DNA from: Mobula hypostoma
Taxonomy: Eukaryota
DNA: 64,000 bases
Direction of reading: 5' to 3'
NCBI RefSeq assembly: GCF_963921235.1
Contig: NC_086097.1
Span: 36,148,001 to 36,212,000 of the forward strand
This document shows, in pieces, positions 37,321 to 50,508 of this stretch. Made by a program: the position numbers and the translations under genes. Positions within the stretch are counted from its first letter, which is position 1. Each line of letters begins with the position of its first letter. The notes under the pieces were generated by a model, which saw nothing but the letters and a program-made list of their open reading frames with translations, did not search any database and was not told the origin of the DNA.

Positions 37321-39081
37321 AAAACATTTCATTTTCCAGTTCCAATGAAAGGTCATCAAACATTCCCTCATCTTTTCCCAGTGGAAGAGTGAATAAGCTT
37401 ATGATTTTTAATTAGAAAGGTTGACTTGAAGTCAGGAGCTTAAAAGTGATATTTTGCTTTAGAGATGATAACAGAAATCAAGATTTTTACTTTGAGAAAT
37501 GTGCAAAATTAAAATACCCCACTATTAAATCTCAAAGTTTTGACAAAATCATAGAATCTTCACAGCACAGAAATAGGCCCTTCAGCCCATCTAGTCTATG
37601 CCAAACCATTTAACCTGCCTAATCCCATCGATTTGCACCGGGACCATAGCTCTGCATGCCCCCTACCATCTATATACCTATCCAAACTTCTCTTAAATGT
37701 TGAAATCACGCTTGCATGCCCCACTTGTGTTGGCAGCTCATTCCACGCTCAGAGTGAAGATGTTCTCCCCCACCACCCCATGTTCCCCTTCAACCTTTCA
37801 CCTTTAACCCATGAACTCTAGTTGCAGTCCCACCCAACACAGGTTTAAAAAATGCATACTAGTGGCAGCAGGCACCGAATTTGGTGGAAGGCTAACTCTA
37901 CAGAATTACTAAATGATCAAAGGATATTGCCATTGTTAATCTACTAATTTTGTCAGAAATTAGCCAACCATGGATTTGTATCGACCGCTTGTACTTACTG
38001 AACATGCAGCCTCACAATGTTACGGAAAACAAATCTAAATCATTCGTGATGGACTACAAATACCACAAGGTAAAAATAAATAGGCATGCAATCAATGTTT
38101 AATTAAAATATGCCTTGGCTTGAAAGATGCAGAGCTATTTATCCAAGTAATTAGGTGGAAGGGAAGTCTTCTTTCTGACAGAGGAAGTACAACGAGATAA
38201 GACTTAAACCCTGGACATACTTTGACCCCAGACTGGCGTCAACTATGTGCGTGTCTGCAAGAGAGCTATTTACTCACCTGTTTGATTATAATTAAATTGA
38301 TGGCTTTACATTTCAAAAACAAAGTAGAAGGGTAAGCAAACATCTAATCAGGAAAATGTTTTTGTTGCGAGGGAAAAGTGGGAGGAGCTGCAATATTGCT
38401 AAGCATCACTCACTGAAAGTACTCAAAACAGACGCACTACAAAAAACAGCCAGATTCCAGGAAGGCTCCAACAGATGCAAGAGTGGGAAATGAGACTGGA
38501 GACTGTTTGCAGCATGTGACAGAGAAATTTCTCGATGATAGATAGCTTTCCTTCAGATTTTTCTCATAGAGTGTGCTTTAACAAAACCAACTCTATTTGT
38601 TCTAGGCCCTTTCCTGACATCTGATATTACCACAGAATGGGTCCCACACCACCAGGTTCAGGGACAGTTATTACAACTTCGACAACTCGTTCTCAGTATT
38701 ACTTGATTATTTTTGCATTATTTGTTTTTTGTTGTATTTGCAGTTTGTCTTTTGCATATTAGTTGTTCATCAGTCTTTGTGTAGATTTTCATTGATTCTA
38801 TTGTATTTCTTTGTTAAAAGCACCTGAGTCGTATATGCTGACATATTCATAGGTTGATAATAAATTTACTTTGAACTTTAAGTGTACCAAGGAATTGCTG
38901 AGTTTTTCTATTCTTCCACAGAATGTAGGTGTCACTAAACTCTGCCTCTGCCTTTTATTTGCTGTTTCAATGTCAATATCAAAATTCAACACATGGATTT
39001 ATGTGGTTATGAAGTTATACAGAGGCCAGACCAGACACAAGTTGTAGATATCCTTCCCAAAATGGTATTAGAAATGCAGAT

Positions 39082-39988
39082 ACGAGGAATTCTGCAGATG
39101 CTGGAAATCCAAGCAACACACATCAAAGTTGCTAGTGAACGCAGCAGGCCAGGCAGCATCTCTAGGAAGAGGTACAGTCGACGTTTCAGGCCGAGACCCT
39201 TCGTCAGGACTAACTGAAGGAAGAGTGAGTAAGGGATTTGAAAGTTGGAGGGGGAGGGGGAGATCCAAAATGACAGAAGAAGACAGGAGGGGGAGGGATG
39301 GAGCCAAGAGCTGGACAGGTGATTGGCGAAAGGGATACAAGAGGATCATGGGACAAGAGGCATCCAGTGGGTTTTACTGAACACCTACGCTCTGTCTGCC
39401 AGAGAAAGCAGGATCTCCCAGTGGCCACACATTTTAATTCCACATCCCATTCCCATTCTGACATGTCTATCCACGGCCTCCTCTACTGTAAAGATGAAGC
39501 CACACTCAGGTTGGAGGAACAACACCTTATATTCCGTCTGGGTAGCCTCCAACCTGATGGCATGAACATTGACTTCTCAAACTTCCACTAATGCCCCACC
39601 TCCCCCTCGTACCCCATCCGTTATTTATTTATATACACACATTCTTTCTCTCTCTCTCCTTTTTCTCCCTCTGTCCCTCTGACTATACTCCTTGCCCATC
39701 CTCTGGGTTTTCCCCCCTCCCCCTTTTTCTTCTTCCCGGACCTCCTGTCCCATGATCCTCTCATATCCCTTTTGCCAATCACCTGTCCAGTTCTTGGCTC
39801 CATCCCTCCCCCTCCTGTCTTCTCCTATCATTTTGGATCTCCCCCTCCCCCTCCCACTTTCAAATCTCTTACTAGCTCTTCTCTCAGTTAGTCCTGACGA
39901 AGGGTCTCAGCCCAAAACGTCGACTGTACCTCTTCCTAGAGATGTTGCCTGGCCTGCTGCGTTCACCAGCAACTTTGACGTGTGTTGC
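39082..39988. mobile_element. Penelope-like element with an inverted terminal segment and GIY-YIG endonuclease C-terminus
   Basis: Minus arm 39082 to about 39357 is inverted relative to the plus arm at about 39743-39988; FTEHLRSVCQRKQDLPVATHFNSTSHSHSDMSIHGLL...LEEQHLIFRLGSLQPDGMNIDF; TSD TAGAAATGCAGAT / TAGTAATGCAGAT (39069-39081, 39989-40001). Confidence 0.9.
39176..39211 (-). ncRNA. Minimal hammerhead ribozyme motif
   Basis: Revcomp AGTC-CTGACGA-AGGGTCTCGGCCT-GAAACGTC-GACT. Confidence 0.7.
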
Positions 39989-41399
39989 TAGTAATGCAGA
40001 TGGAGTTTTGACAACTATTCTTTCATCTCAAGACACCAACTTTTTGGAAATCTGGGTTTATTTAATTAAACAAATTGCAAGTTTTCCAGTAAACTTGATG
40101 GGATTTGAATTCATTAGACAAAGCCTCAGTTCAGTTTAACATCCGCTATGTCAGTTCCTAATGTATGGTCTCAACCCAAATTGTTTCAAGATGCTGTTTA
40201 GCATGGTGTTCCTCCAGCAGATTAATTTTACCACCCATGTTACTTCCGCATACATTTGTATTGTACAATTCTAGTTATTTTTCCTTTTTCCCACCCCTTG
40301 AAGGCAAAGCTGTCCCAAATCAACTCTATCATGGTCATGCTTGGGCTGTGGGAGCTTCCTGTGTCCAAAACAGCTGCCATACTTCTCCAAGGACAATTTT
40401 GAAAAGTATTTTGTGGGGCGTCAGATGATTTGTGGACTGTGCTACATAAAGGCCGCATTTTTTTCCTGTTAGCTCTGTGAATTTAATTTCTGCTACTTGT
40501 CAGCCCCAGAATATTAAATCTACATTTGATAACATCACTCCGAGCTTTCTCCTGTCTCAAGTGCAGAGCAGTCAAATAGCTAAACTGTTTGCAATGGTTT
40601 CAGGAAACAGGAAGCAGATAATTAGAAGAGGATAAAGTTGTGCTTTATTCAATACATTGCCATTCTTCGTCCTAAATGAAAAATTAAACAAACAGAGTCA
40701 CTGAGTAATACAGCACAGAAACAGGCCCAGCAAGTCCATGCTGATCATTGAATACCCATCTCTACTCCTATTTGTTTCCAGTATTTGACCTATTGTTTCC
40801 TTAACACTGGCAATTCAAATGCTCATCCAGGTCCTCCTCAATTGTTGTGAGAGCATTCACCCAAACACCCCCAGTGGGCAGATCATTCCAGAAACTAACA
40901 ACCGGATGAAAAATTTCACCTTGGATCCTCAATAAAACTCTTAACCTTATTAATCTATACCTTTAGTTTATACACCTTCCAGCTTGCGGAAAAATTCTTA
41001 CTATATATTTTATCTATGCCCAATGTAATTTGGTGCAAATATAGGACTCTTAGGAGTACTGAGAAACAGAGAAGTCCTAACATGTGTCCAAGTATCCCCA
41101 AATCTGGTTCCTCCTCAGATTACTCTGCTCCAAAAAAAACAAACTCAGCCTATCCAATTTTTCCCTCATAGTTGAAACTTTCCGTCCAAGACAATATCTT
41201 CATTACAATCGTATCCTTTCTGTATTAGATCTGCAGTACTTTAAGTTCTTAATATTCAACAAGGTCTTGCAACCATAAAAAATAAGTTTACAAAAAAAAA
41301 CACCACCTTTGGTTGACCCCATAGAAGCTGTTGTCTCCAAGTGTGCTGCCATTTTACCAGAAAATGCAAAAAAAAGACAAGCTACCATTTAACTGAGTA

Positions 41400-42622
41400 A
41401 CAAATGAATTTAAACAAAATACAGAACAGATTAGAATATTGCCAACAGTACTATAAAATTTTTCCTAATAGTTATCAGAAGAATTTAGTCAGTGTATGCC
41501 ACCATTTTCTTTTGAATGTAAATACACAAAATTAGTGCAGATAATAGACTGCCTTCATATAATACTTTAAATGATTGCATTCCCCAAATCTTCATTTTTA
41601 TTGCAACATTCAAGATGATTGACAATACCTTCAACTTTTTTGTAGTGCCTAACTTGTTGAAGTGGTGAAATCGTTTCATTTTCACTTCTGGCCGTTTCAG
41701 GCATCTCCAAGCCTGAATGCTTGAAACCGCAGTGAGCAAAACAGTTCTGAATTGTCCTACTGCTTATTTCTTGCCAACTATCGGTGACAACGAAACACTT
41801 TTTTGAGCACAAACACATGCAACAGACGCTACTTAAAACTTTTGGCTCTAAGCATGGTGTAGTGACTAACAGCCACAGCACGTGCATGTGACTTATACTA
41901 GTTAGAAACTGTTCGTCAGAAACGATCTCCTGTTGCAATTAAGGAGCATGGTATCTCAAATATGAAGGAGATATGAAGGAGAAGATGGCGGCACGACGGC
42001 AGCGCGCGCGGCCTCTCTGGTGATGAATATCTGTAATCTGTCAAGTAGGGGACTGTGCACAATTCTGATTTGATGGAGACAGATGTGAGAGTATGGAGGA
42101 ACATCTGGAAAACTTCTGAAATGCCCGCTTCGCTGCCGCTGCTACTGTGTGGTAACCAGAATCTCCGGAGCAGAAGGCCAGGAAATCCTCGGCTTTGCTT
42201 GTTTCAGTGGCCGGAGCGAGGTCGAAGGCACTCGGCAGAGGATGGCGCTCGGAGGCTGTATCGGAGAGGCTGGTTGGAAGCTCGAAGTTTTTGGACGGAT
42301 GGACTCAGTGTCGGTTGTGGTCGGCTGCTTCCAAGGCATCGGCAAGCTGACGGTGCCTGGAGGTTTATGGCAGGGAATTTCTCCCTTTTGCCGCCTGCTA
42401 TCGGGGACTCGGGAGTCGATCGACTCGGGGACTTTTGAGACTTTTTTTTACTGTGCCCATGGTTTGTTCTTCATCAAATTATGGTATTGTTTTGCACTGC
42501 TGTAACCATATGTTATAATTATGTGGTTCTGTCAGTGTTAGTCTTTGGTTCTTGATTAACTTTTGTTCTTTACGAGTTGCCAAATAGAGTTGTCCTGTTG
42601 GTCCAATTAACCGGAATCCACT
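41400..42622 (-). mobile_element. Tigger/pogo-like DNA transposon remnant, interrupted at about 41982-42550
   Basis: DSWQEISSRTIQNCFAHCGFK (pogo DDE_1 C-terminal motif); TIR-like ccaattaaccggaatccact at the right end. Confidence 0.6.
41982..42550 (+). mobile_element. Unclassified interspersed repeat (AAGATGGCGGC-initiated family), copy 2
   Basis: Co-linear with 30551-31035; begins aagatggcggcacgac. Confidence 0.75.
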
Positions 42623-43109
42623 TTTCCAGCACATGGTTTTGATGAGGAAAGAAAACAGAGCAATTGGGGGAAGACTATGCGGTCACAGGGAATGTGCAAA
42701 CTCCACAAAAGCAGCAGAGGATAGAATCAAACCTGGGTCACTGGAGCTGTGAGACAGCTGCACCATCCACAGCACCAGAGAATGTCCTGCTGAAATCCTT
42801 CAGAGAATATGCATACTAATTAGATTAATGATCACTTTAATGTTATTTTCATTATAGTATAGAAATGTTGTGATGAGGTCATGTTTACAACATAGTTAAA
42901 TTCTTAAAGAAGCAATTGGAAGACCAGTGAATGTAAAATCAATGGAAGCCTTTTCCAATGTGCCAGTGTAAATGACACCCTTCAAAGGGCAGGATATGCA
43001 GAGACAGAAGTCAGCAAGTGGAAAAGGTCCATGGGAGGCTACAAATCAGAAAACAAGAAGCCAGATGGTTGGGAATGTTTTCCAATCCAGAAGCAGGAAA
43101 TTTGTGTTC

Positions 43110-43980
43110 TAGCAACACACATCAAAGTTGCTGGTGAACGCAGCAGACCAGACAGCATCTCTAGGAAGAGGTACAGTCGACGTTTCGGGCTGAGACCCTT
43201 CGTCAGGACTAACTGAAGGAAGAGCTAGTAAGAGATTTGAAAGTGGGAGGGGGAGGGGGAGATCCAAAATGATAGGAGAAGACAGGAGGGGGAGGGATGG
43301 AGCCAAGAGCTGGACAGGTGATTGGCAAAAGGGATATGAGAGGATCATGGGACAGGAGGCCCAGGGAGAAGGAAAAGGGGGAGGGGGGGAAAACCCAGAG
43401 GATGGGCAAGGGGTATAGTCAGAGGGACAGAGGGAGAAAAAGGAGAGAGAGAGAGAATGAATGTGTGTATATAAATAAATAACGGATGGGGTATGAGGGG
43501 GAGGTGGGGCATTAGCGGAAGTTAGAGAAGTCAATGTTCATGCCATCAGGTTGGAGGCTACCCAGACAGAATATAAGGTTTTGTTCCTCCAACCTGAGTG
43601 TGTCTTCATCTTGACAGTAGAGGAGGCCATGGATAGACATATCAGAATGGGAATGGGATGCGGAATTAAAATGTGTGACCACTGGGAGATCTTGCTTTCG
43701 CTGGCAGACAGAGCGTAGGTGTTCAGCAAAATGATCTCCCAGTCTGCGTCGGGTCTCGCTAATATATAAAAGGCCACATCGGGAGCACCGGACGCAGTAT
43801 ATCACCCCAGCCGACTCACAGGTGAAGTGTCGCCTCACCTGGAAGGGCTGTCTGGGGCCCTGAATGGTGGTAAGGAAGGAAGTGTAAGGGCATGTATAGC
43901 ACTTGTTCTGTTTACAAGGATAAGTGCCAGGAGGAAGATCAGTGGGGAGGGTTGCGGGGGACGAATGGACAAGGGAGTAT
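43110..43980 (-). mobile_element. Penelope-like element 3' portion with GIY-YIG endonuclease
   Basis: ORF 43838-43512 FTCESAGVIYCVRCSRCGLLYISETRRRLGDHFAEHLRSV...LEEQNLIFCLGSLQPDGMN; followed by the pyrimidine-rich 3'UTR and hammerhead tail. Confidence 0.92.
43175..43210 (-). ncRNA. Minimal hammerhead ribozyme motif (best-preserved core)
   Basis: Revcomp AGTC-CTGACGA-AGGGTCTCAGCCC-GAAACGTC-GACT. Confidence 0.72.
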
Positions 43981-44446
43981 TTCTTAGTTCTATGCTGGAA
44001 CTATTTCATTAATGTAAATTCCTGTAAAAATTACCGATTAACCACCGAGTTGGTAAACTATTTTAGCTAACTGCTTTGATTTCGGTACAGGATACTTAAC
44101 TAATGTCACCGAGTGTACTTCCCAGGCATACAGTATATTAACCATAATTTAGGGACCCAAGGAAATAAACTAACAGCTCTTCAGTGTTTTGCCAACATTT
44201 GCTTATAGAATAGTCTTTGCTTGAAAATAGGACAAAGATGGCCACATTTGATTGGATATACACTACACCAACAAGCAGTTAGGACCATTTCAATCTAGGT
44301 ATGGTGAAAAGGCACACATAATAACATTAGATATAATCAGATAATCTTATACCGAAAGATCTTGGCTTGTCTACAGGATATATTTTTGCCACTGCACGCT
44401 TAGAAAATAATACTGAGGTCAGCCTCAGAAAAGTACATTGCCTGTG

Positions 44447-44697
44447 TGTGGTAAACTATGTATGTATATATATATATATATATATATGGGTTAACTGTCT
44501 GGACATGCATGGACATGCCCCTCTGCTGACTGCTCCCGTGGCTCCACCCACAGACCCCTGAATAAAGGCGATTGTGTCACTGCTCCTCCCTCAGTCCAGG
44601 ACAGATACTCAGCATGGACGTTGGTCCATTTACTGTTAATAAAAGCCTTTCAGTATTTACACCACTCCAGTCTTTTGGAGTAATTGATAGTGCATCA
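44447..44697 (+). mobile_element. Solo LTR
   Basis: TGTGGTAAAC...GCATCA; 5-bp TSD CTGTG (44442-44446, 44698-44702); AATAAA motifs; internal (TA)n. Confidence 0.85.
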
Positions 44698-46204
44698 CTG
44701 TGTAGTGTAAAGGAAACTTCATACCACATTTTACTTCTGAACTGAAAGTCATTGATATTCCCACTTGGTAATGAAAGTGGAAAAGAGTCAGATACCCAGA
44801 ACTTTAGCCTTACAGTCTGATCAGCTATGAAATGCCAGGATAAGTGCCATTACAAAGTCCAAAATCTCTGGGTAAAAGACTGCATTCATTAACGGTGGCT
44901 GTGATGATGAGCCTGTTTCCGTGCTGTATAATTCGGCGACATGCAGCGCAGCGATAGAGTTTCTCAGTCAACAGTCTAGCACCAGAAACACTGCACTATG
45001 CAATGGAATTTCTAACCCACTAGCTTTATACCAAGCCGACAGGTGCCCCCAAATATTGGATCCCTTGCCTCAGTCAACTCAGTCCGGCAAACTGTAGGCA
45101 CTTGCTGGGCCAGTTAGACAATGAAAACAAAAGCAGGGACAAAGATTTGCATTTATTTTCATTCAATTACAGAATTATATAACAGAAATACAAAAGGTAG
45201 AATACCTGCATTATCTTTTGGGGTGCAAAGTAAACGTTGGTGTGGCAAAAAAAAAATCATACCAAAGATCCTGCCTTTTATATTTAAACACTAGAAGTGG
45301 ACATGCTCAGAAATGTTAAGAGGTACAGCATCTAGTTCAACTTGCTGGAATTTAATCTTTTCTAGTTAAATAGCCCAGTAATTCTGTCTACATTCCTGTT
45401 TGCTGCATCATCCAACAGTCCAGTGTGTTCTGCCTGCATAACCCAGCACTCATCATCCCCATCTCTGGTGAACATTGATTTGTGAAGTAGGATTGCACAG
45501 TGTTAATGTTACATTGGGATGACACTCAGTCACTCCTATTCCACCCCTCACTGCTGTAAACTGAAAGATATCATCTTTTTTTTTAAAAAAAAAGAAACAA
45601 AACTGACTTTTTTAGCAACTGAAATGCGACAACTTGCACAATGCTCTGTACTTGGCCTTGCGCTTTTTAAACATCATAGCCAGAGCTCAGTTGTGAGACA
45701 CTTCAAAGGAAGCATCCAGTCCGGCATCCCGACAGCTCCCAGGGAGTGCCGGTTGGTATCAGGTTAGCTGGTACAGTTCATTAACTGTGAGGGTATGCGG
45801 GACAACCAGGGTTTTATGACACCAGTGAAAGATCTAGCCCTAGACGTCAGTCAATTAATGTCAGATCCAAAAAGTGAAATGTGTGGTTGACAATGGGAAG
45901 AGAAGCTTTGGGCAGCAGGAAGGTGCAGATGATCTGGTCAGCTGGGTAGAAAAGCGGCAAATCCAAGGAAAGCAACATAATGCATTTGTAGAGATACAAT
46001 CAAGCAAGGGAATATTTAAAAAATACGAGGATGCTGAGAAGAAACAGGTGAATCAGAGAATAATTCTGCTGATACTTAAGTGTAGAAATAAAGGTCAATA
46101 AAGTGGATTTAAGCATGCAAGATGCTTTCATATATTACCAGAGAAAATAAAACCAAAGAGATAATGCTAGAACTGGATACAATAGTTAAATCAAAGCTTG
46201 AATG

Positions 46205-47697
46205 TTTTGTTTAGAACAGATTAAATGGGCAGCTAATATACGGAATCTCACATTTTGGTTATACTATATTAATCACGAGGACTGTCCCGGGTGGGTTTCT
46301 TTAGAAGCTAACTCGATTAATAAATTTTCTATTATCTCCCTTTTGGGATCTTCACTTCCTTTATCCTTAAGTAAGATAACTGAAAATGTGTTAGTCAAAC
46401 ATACTTTGAGGATTTGGATACAATTTAGAAATCACTTTGGTTTATTGAAATTCTCCCTTTCTAGTTCCATTTTTAAAAATTATTTTTTTAAGCCTTCTAT
46501 GACTGATGTAGTTTTTAAACAATGGGAAAGATTGGGCATTACATGCTTCCAGGATATTTTTGTGGGAGGAAGTCTTTCTTCGTCTGAACAATTGTCAACT
46601 AAATATAGTTTACCAAATACCCACTTTTTTCAGTACTTACAAATTAGAGATTTTCTGTGATCTCAATTATATACATTTCCTAATAGTTCTGATACGAACG
46701 TATCAGATGAAATTCTTAATATGAAATCATTTTATAATGGTTCAATATCCAATATTTATGATATGTTGTTGGGAATGAGAAATGATTCCTTAGACAAAAT
46801 TAAAAATCTTTGGGAATAAGAGTTACAGACCTCAATCTCTGAAGAAACTTGGAATGAGATTTTTAAATTGGTTAATACTTCATCGCTATGTGCTCATCAT
46901 TCCCTCCTACAATTTAAAGTGGTTCATACGACTTATATGACCAAGGATAAGTTACCTCATTTTTTTATAGAGATACATCTCCCTTCTGTGATAGGTGTAA
47001 CAATGGAGAAGCTTCACTTATTCATATGTTTTGGACATCCCCAAGTCTTGGAAAATATTGGAAGGAAGTATTCCAAACTTTTTCTGTACTCTTTAAAGTA
47101 AATTTTAAGCCTAATCCTTTGACTGCCCTATTTGGTATTGTTGGAAGGGAAGATATCATTTTGAAGACATCTGATCTGCACATTCTGGCTTTTATCTCTC
47201 TTATGGCTAGAATGGCGCTTTTGTTTAAATGGAAGGATGCTGCTCCGCCTAATCATGTTCAGTGGTTACGAGATGTTACGGCATGCCTAAATTTAGAAAA
47301 GATTCATTGTTCAATTTCTGAATCTAACCAAGATTTTCAAAATTTGAGGGGGCCGTTTTTAAATTTCGTAACCTTTGACTTCTTGTTAAAGTACAGAAGT
47401 TGGTTAATAGTATATTTTATTATCTGATAAGTTTTTTTTTCTTTTTTTGCCCCAAACAGCTTCGACTTTGGTAGTGGGTGTAGATCTCTTTTTTAACAAA
47501 ATTGTTTATATTCTAATATACGAATTAATCTAATCCATATGAATATAGAGTAAGGAGTTCATTAGTGTGATTCAATATACTGTATCTGGTATTATTATAC
47601 AAATGTTTGTATTTTTTCTTTTGTTTTATAATATGTATTCTCTTGAACTCTGTATTCTTCTATATAGAAATCAATAAAAAATATTGGAAAAGAAAGA
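46205..47697 (+). mobile_element. L1/Tx1-clade LINE, 5'-truncated ORF2 C-terminus, 3'UTR and A-rich tail
   Basis: WAANIRNL, HFFQYLQIRDFL, LLQFKVVH, CDRC...SLIHMFWT (zf-RVT), WK..PP...QWL; ends tcaataaaaaatattggaaaagaaag. Confidence 0.88.
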
Positions 47698-47891
47698 ACA
47701 GATTAAATGAAGGGAGACCAAAATGAGAGTTTTATTCAGAGAGAATACATTGAAAAGATCTATTTCCTTTAACAAAATGGTCAGAAACTGGAAGGCACAG
47801 ATTTAAAGCAATTGGTGCAAGGGTGAAACAAGAAAATTGTTTTCACTACAAGGGTGAAACAGGTCTGGAAATCATTGGAAACACAAGTGAT

Positions 47892-50341
47892 GGTTATGTT
47901 TGTTCTTAATAGAGACAAACTTGTGAGGGTAAAAAAAACACATTGTTTATTTACAGAATAACTTCAGCTTTACCACATTTTACTTGGAGCATTCCAGCTC
48001 AGCAAGAGCATGTTCACCATGTCACTTCCAATTCTGGGTGAACCGCCAGCACTGCACACAGGGAACTGAAGATTTTTTTATTATGTACACACATAATAAC
48101 ACGTCTTTCCCCTTTAAACAAACACAACAGTATGTCCTCATAAACCTGCAAGACACAATAATGCTTTCCAACAAAGATATTTGCATTAATTTCAATTGTA
48201 ATAAGCAAATACAGCCCCTTATTTACTCATCTCCTTTCAATCTGTCTCTGCAGCGGTTTGCTATTTGGTCTGCTATTCATTTCCACAGATGTATAACTTT
48301 CATTTGCTGTGTTCAGTCTGTTCTTGTTCTTGCTGTATGGCCATCATTTGCTCCAGATGCCTCATAATGGAGCCCTGGACTACATTCATGTGATCATAGA
48401 TAGCAACTCCTCCTGTTGGTCTCTGCTGACCTGTTGCTGTGTTTCTGACCTTAGGGACAGTGTGCTTTTCCCAGCTTTTTAATTTTCTGTTTCAACATCG
48501 GAGAGGATCATGGAGATATTTTTGGATTCTAGTATTTAACTGGAAGTCGATAAGAGACAGATTTTGAAGCACAGCTGCATGATGTGGAAGCAAGACTGGC
48601 GACCACTTCATCACGATCATTCTGTTCAGCACTGGCATCCTGACCATCATGCTGGTGTAGCTGGTACAGATGTCTATGGAAGGTGGAGTTCTTATATTTG
48701 TCCACTAGTCTGGTGCTCTCATGGATGCTGCTGAGTTTCTCAAATTACATCAGATAAGCATCCAAGCCCCAAAGACATCTGTGTACGTGAAGTGTAGTCA
48801 CTTTTGACCTGTGAAGCCGCTGCGAACACTCTTTCCACCAGACTGAGCTTGTCACATGCACTCAGACCTGATATTGGCTGAACTCTCTTTTCCTACAATC
48901 AGTAGCTGTGCCTTTAGGTGCTGCCCCCTGTGCTTGAAGGTCACTATAGAGTCCCCTTTTACTGGAACATTCTCTCCAGTGTAGCCTGTCACTTTCTGAT
49001 TTCACAGGATAAATCTTGTTGTTTACCTTGAGAGTCATGTAATCATCCACGGATAAGAGATTTACCTGGGCTCCAGTATCAAGCTTGAATGAAATTACTG
49101 TCTCATTCACAGTCACTGAAACAATCTACTCTGCTGTACCAGCACCAGCAGTCTGTAGAGAATCTACAAAAATTTCCTCCATTTCCTCAGCATCGGTGTG
49201 CACCTTTCTCTTGACAGCCTCAGCACTGCAGCACTTCACAAAATGATTCTTCTTCCCACACTTATTGCAGGACTTATCTTTGAAATGTACCTATCTTCAC
49301 ATTTGCTGCAATTACTGTTTGAGCCTAGCTCTTTGGTTTGTGGTTGCTTTGTGAAATGCCTTGTGCTCTGCCCCTCTGTTTTCACAGCATGCACTGTTTT
49401 TTCTGCCCCATGCAGCTCCTTAGCTTGTGCTCATGTGATCTCCACTGTCCTACACATATCGATAGCCTTTTCTAGTGTTAGATCTTTTTCATGAAGTAAT
49501 CTTCCCCTGAGCCCATTACTCAAGTTCTGAAAACTATTTTGTCTCTAACTAGAGAGTTTCACAAATCTGCAAACTCACAGGACTTACTCAGTGTGAGCAG
49601 CTCAACTAAGTATTGGTCAAAGCTAACACCTTGTTTCTGGTCACAGGAAAAGAACTGTTCTCTCCCAAATGTAACATTTTTACTTGGGACAAGATACTCC
49701 TCAGATGTTGTCATCAGAGTGTCCAATGTAAAGTCTGTCTCAATAACTTGAAAGCTGCTGTAGATGTCCAAAGCAACTTTGCCAATTACATGTAGAAAGA
49801 TAGACGCTTTCAATTTTGCCAATGCCCCACTGGCTCTGCTTGCTGCTAAATATGTACTGAATTGCTGTTTGAGGCATTTCCTATTATCAGCTAGATTTCT
49901 AGTAAACTGCATAGCTGCAGGAGGACTAAGTTATCCGTTTCAGAATTTTTGGGGTCTCACCTGGTATTCTCTTGGTGAATCCGGTGAACTTCAGCAGCTT
50001 CAAGACACAACATGCTCTCTGAGTGGCAGCTTCTCTTCATCAGAACCTGCGTCTCTCTCTTAGTCGCTCCTGCAATTCATTTACGCTCCGCATTTAGACC
50101 TCACGCTGACTTCCGACACCACATTACGTTTGTTCTTAATAAAGACAAACTTGCGTGGGTAGAGAACTAGCACATTGTTTATTTACAGAATGGCTTCAGC
50201 TCGGTCATATTTTACTAGGGACACTCCAGCCACCCCAAGAGAATGTGTGACCCATTCAGCAATGTCATTCCAGTTCCAGGTGAACCGCCCACATTGCACA
50301 CTGGGAAATGAAGTTCTTTGTTATGTACACACATAAGAACA
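47892..50341 (-). mobile_element. Small degraded Gypsy (Mag-like) LTR retrotransposon, gag-protease only
   Basis: LTRs of about 210-220 bp at 47892-48101 and 50122-50341; minus-strand PBS TGGTGTCGGAAGT (tRNA-Leu-like) at about 50109-50121; PPT AAAGGGGAAAGA at about 48104-48115; gag IFLHVIG...KNVTFGREQFFSCDQKQGVSFDQYLVELLTLSKSCEF; protease FKLDTGAQVNLL. Confidence 0.85.
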
Positions 50342-50378
50342 GAGACTACAGCTGCTGCATTCTGGAGCAAAAGATCAT

Positions 50379-50508
50379 CTGCAGGAGCAACCCAGTGGAT
50401 TAAGCAGCATCTGTGTCAGTACCTTCGTACAGGGCCTCCATCTGAAACATTGACAGTTCCTTCCTCTTGCAGATGCTGCTTGCCCCCACTGAGTTCCTCC
50501 AACAGATT
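50379..50508. repeat. Old degenerate palindromic PLE-tail insertion
   Basis: tctgcaggagcaacccagtggattaagcagcatctg versus cagatgctgcttgcccccactgagttcctccaacaga. Confidence 0.5.

Noticed and set aside
38271..38340. Possible minus-strand micro-exon (strong CAG/GTGAGTA donor, upstream pyrimidine tract)
   Set aside because: The implied exon is 26 nt with a weak AAG acceptor and no recognisable peptide; unsupported without RNA data.
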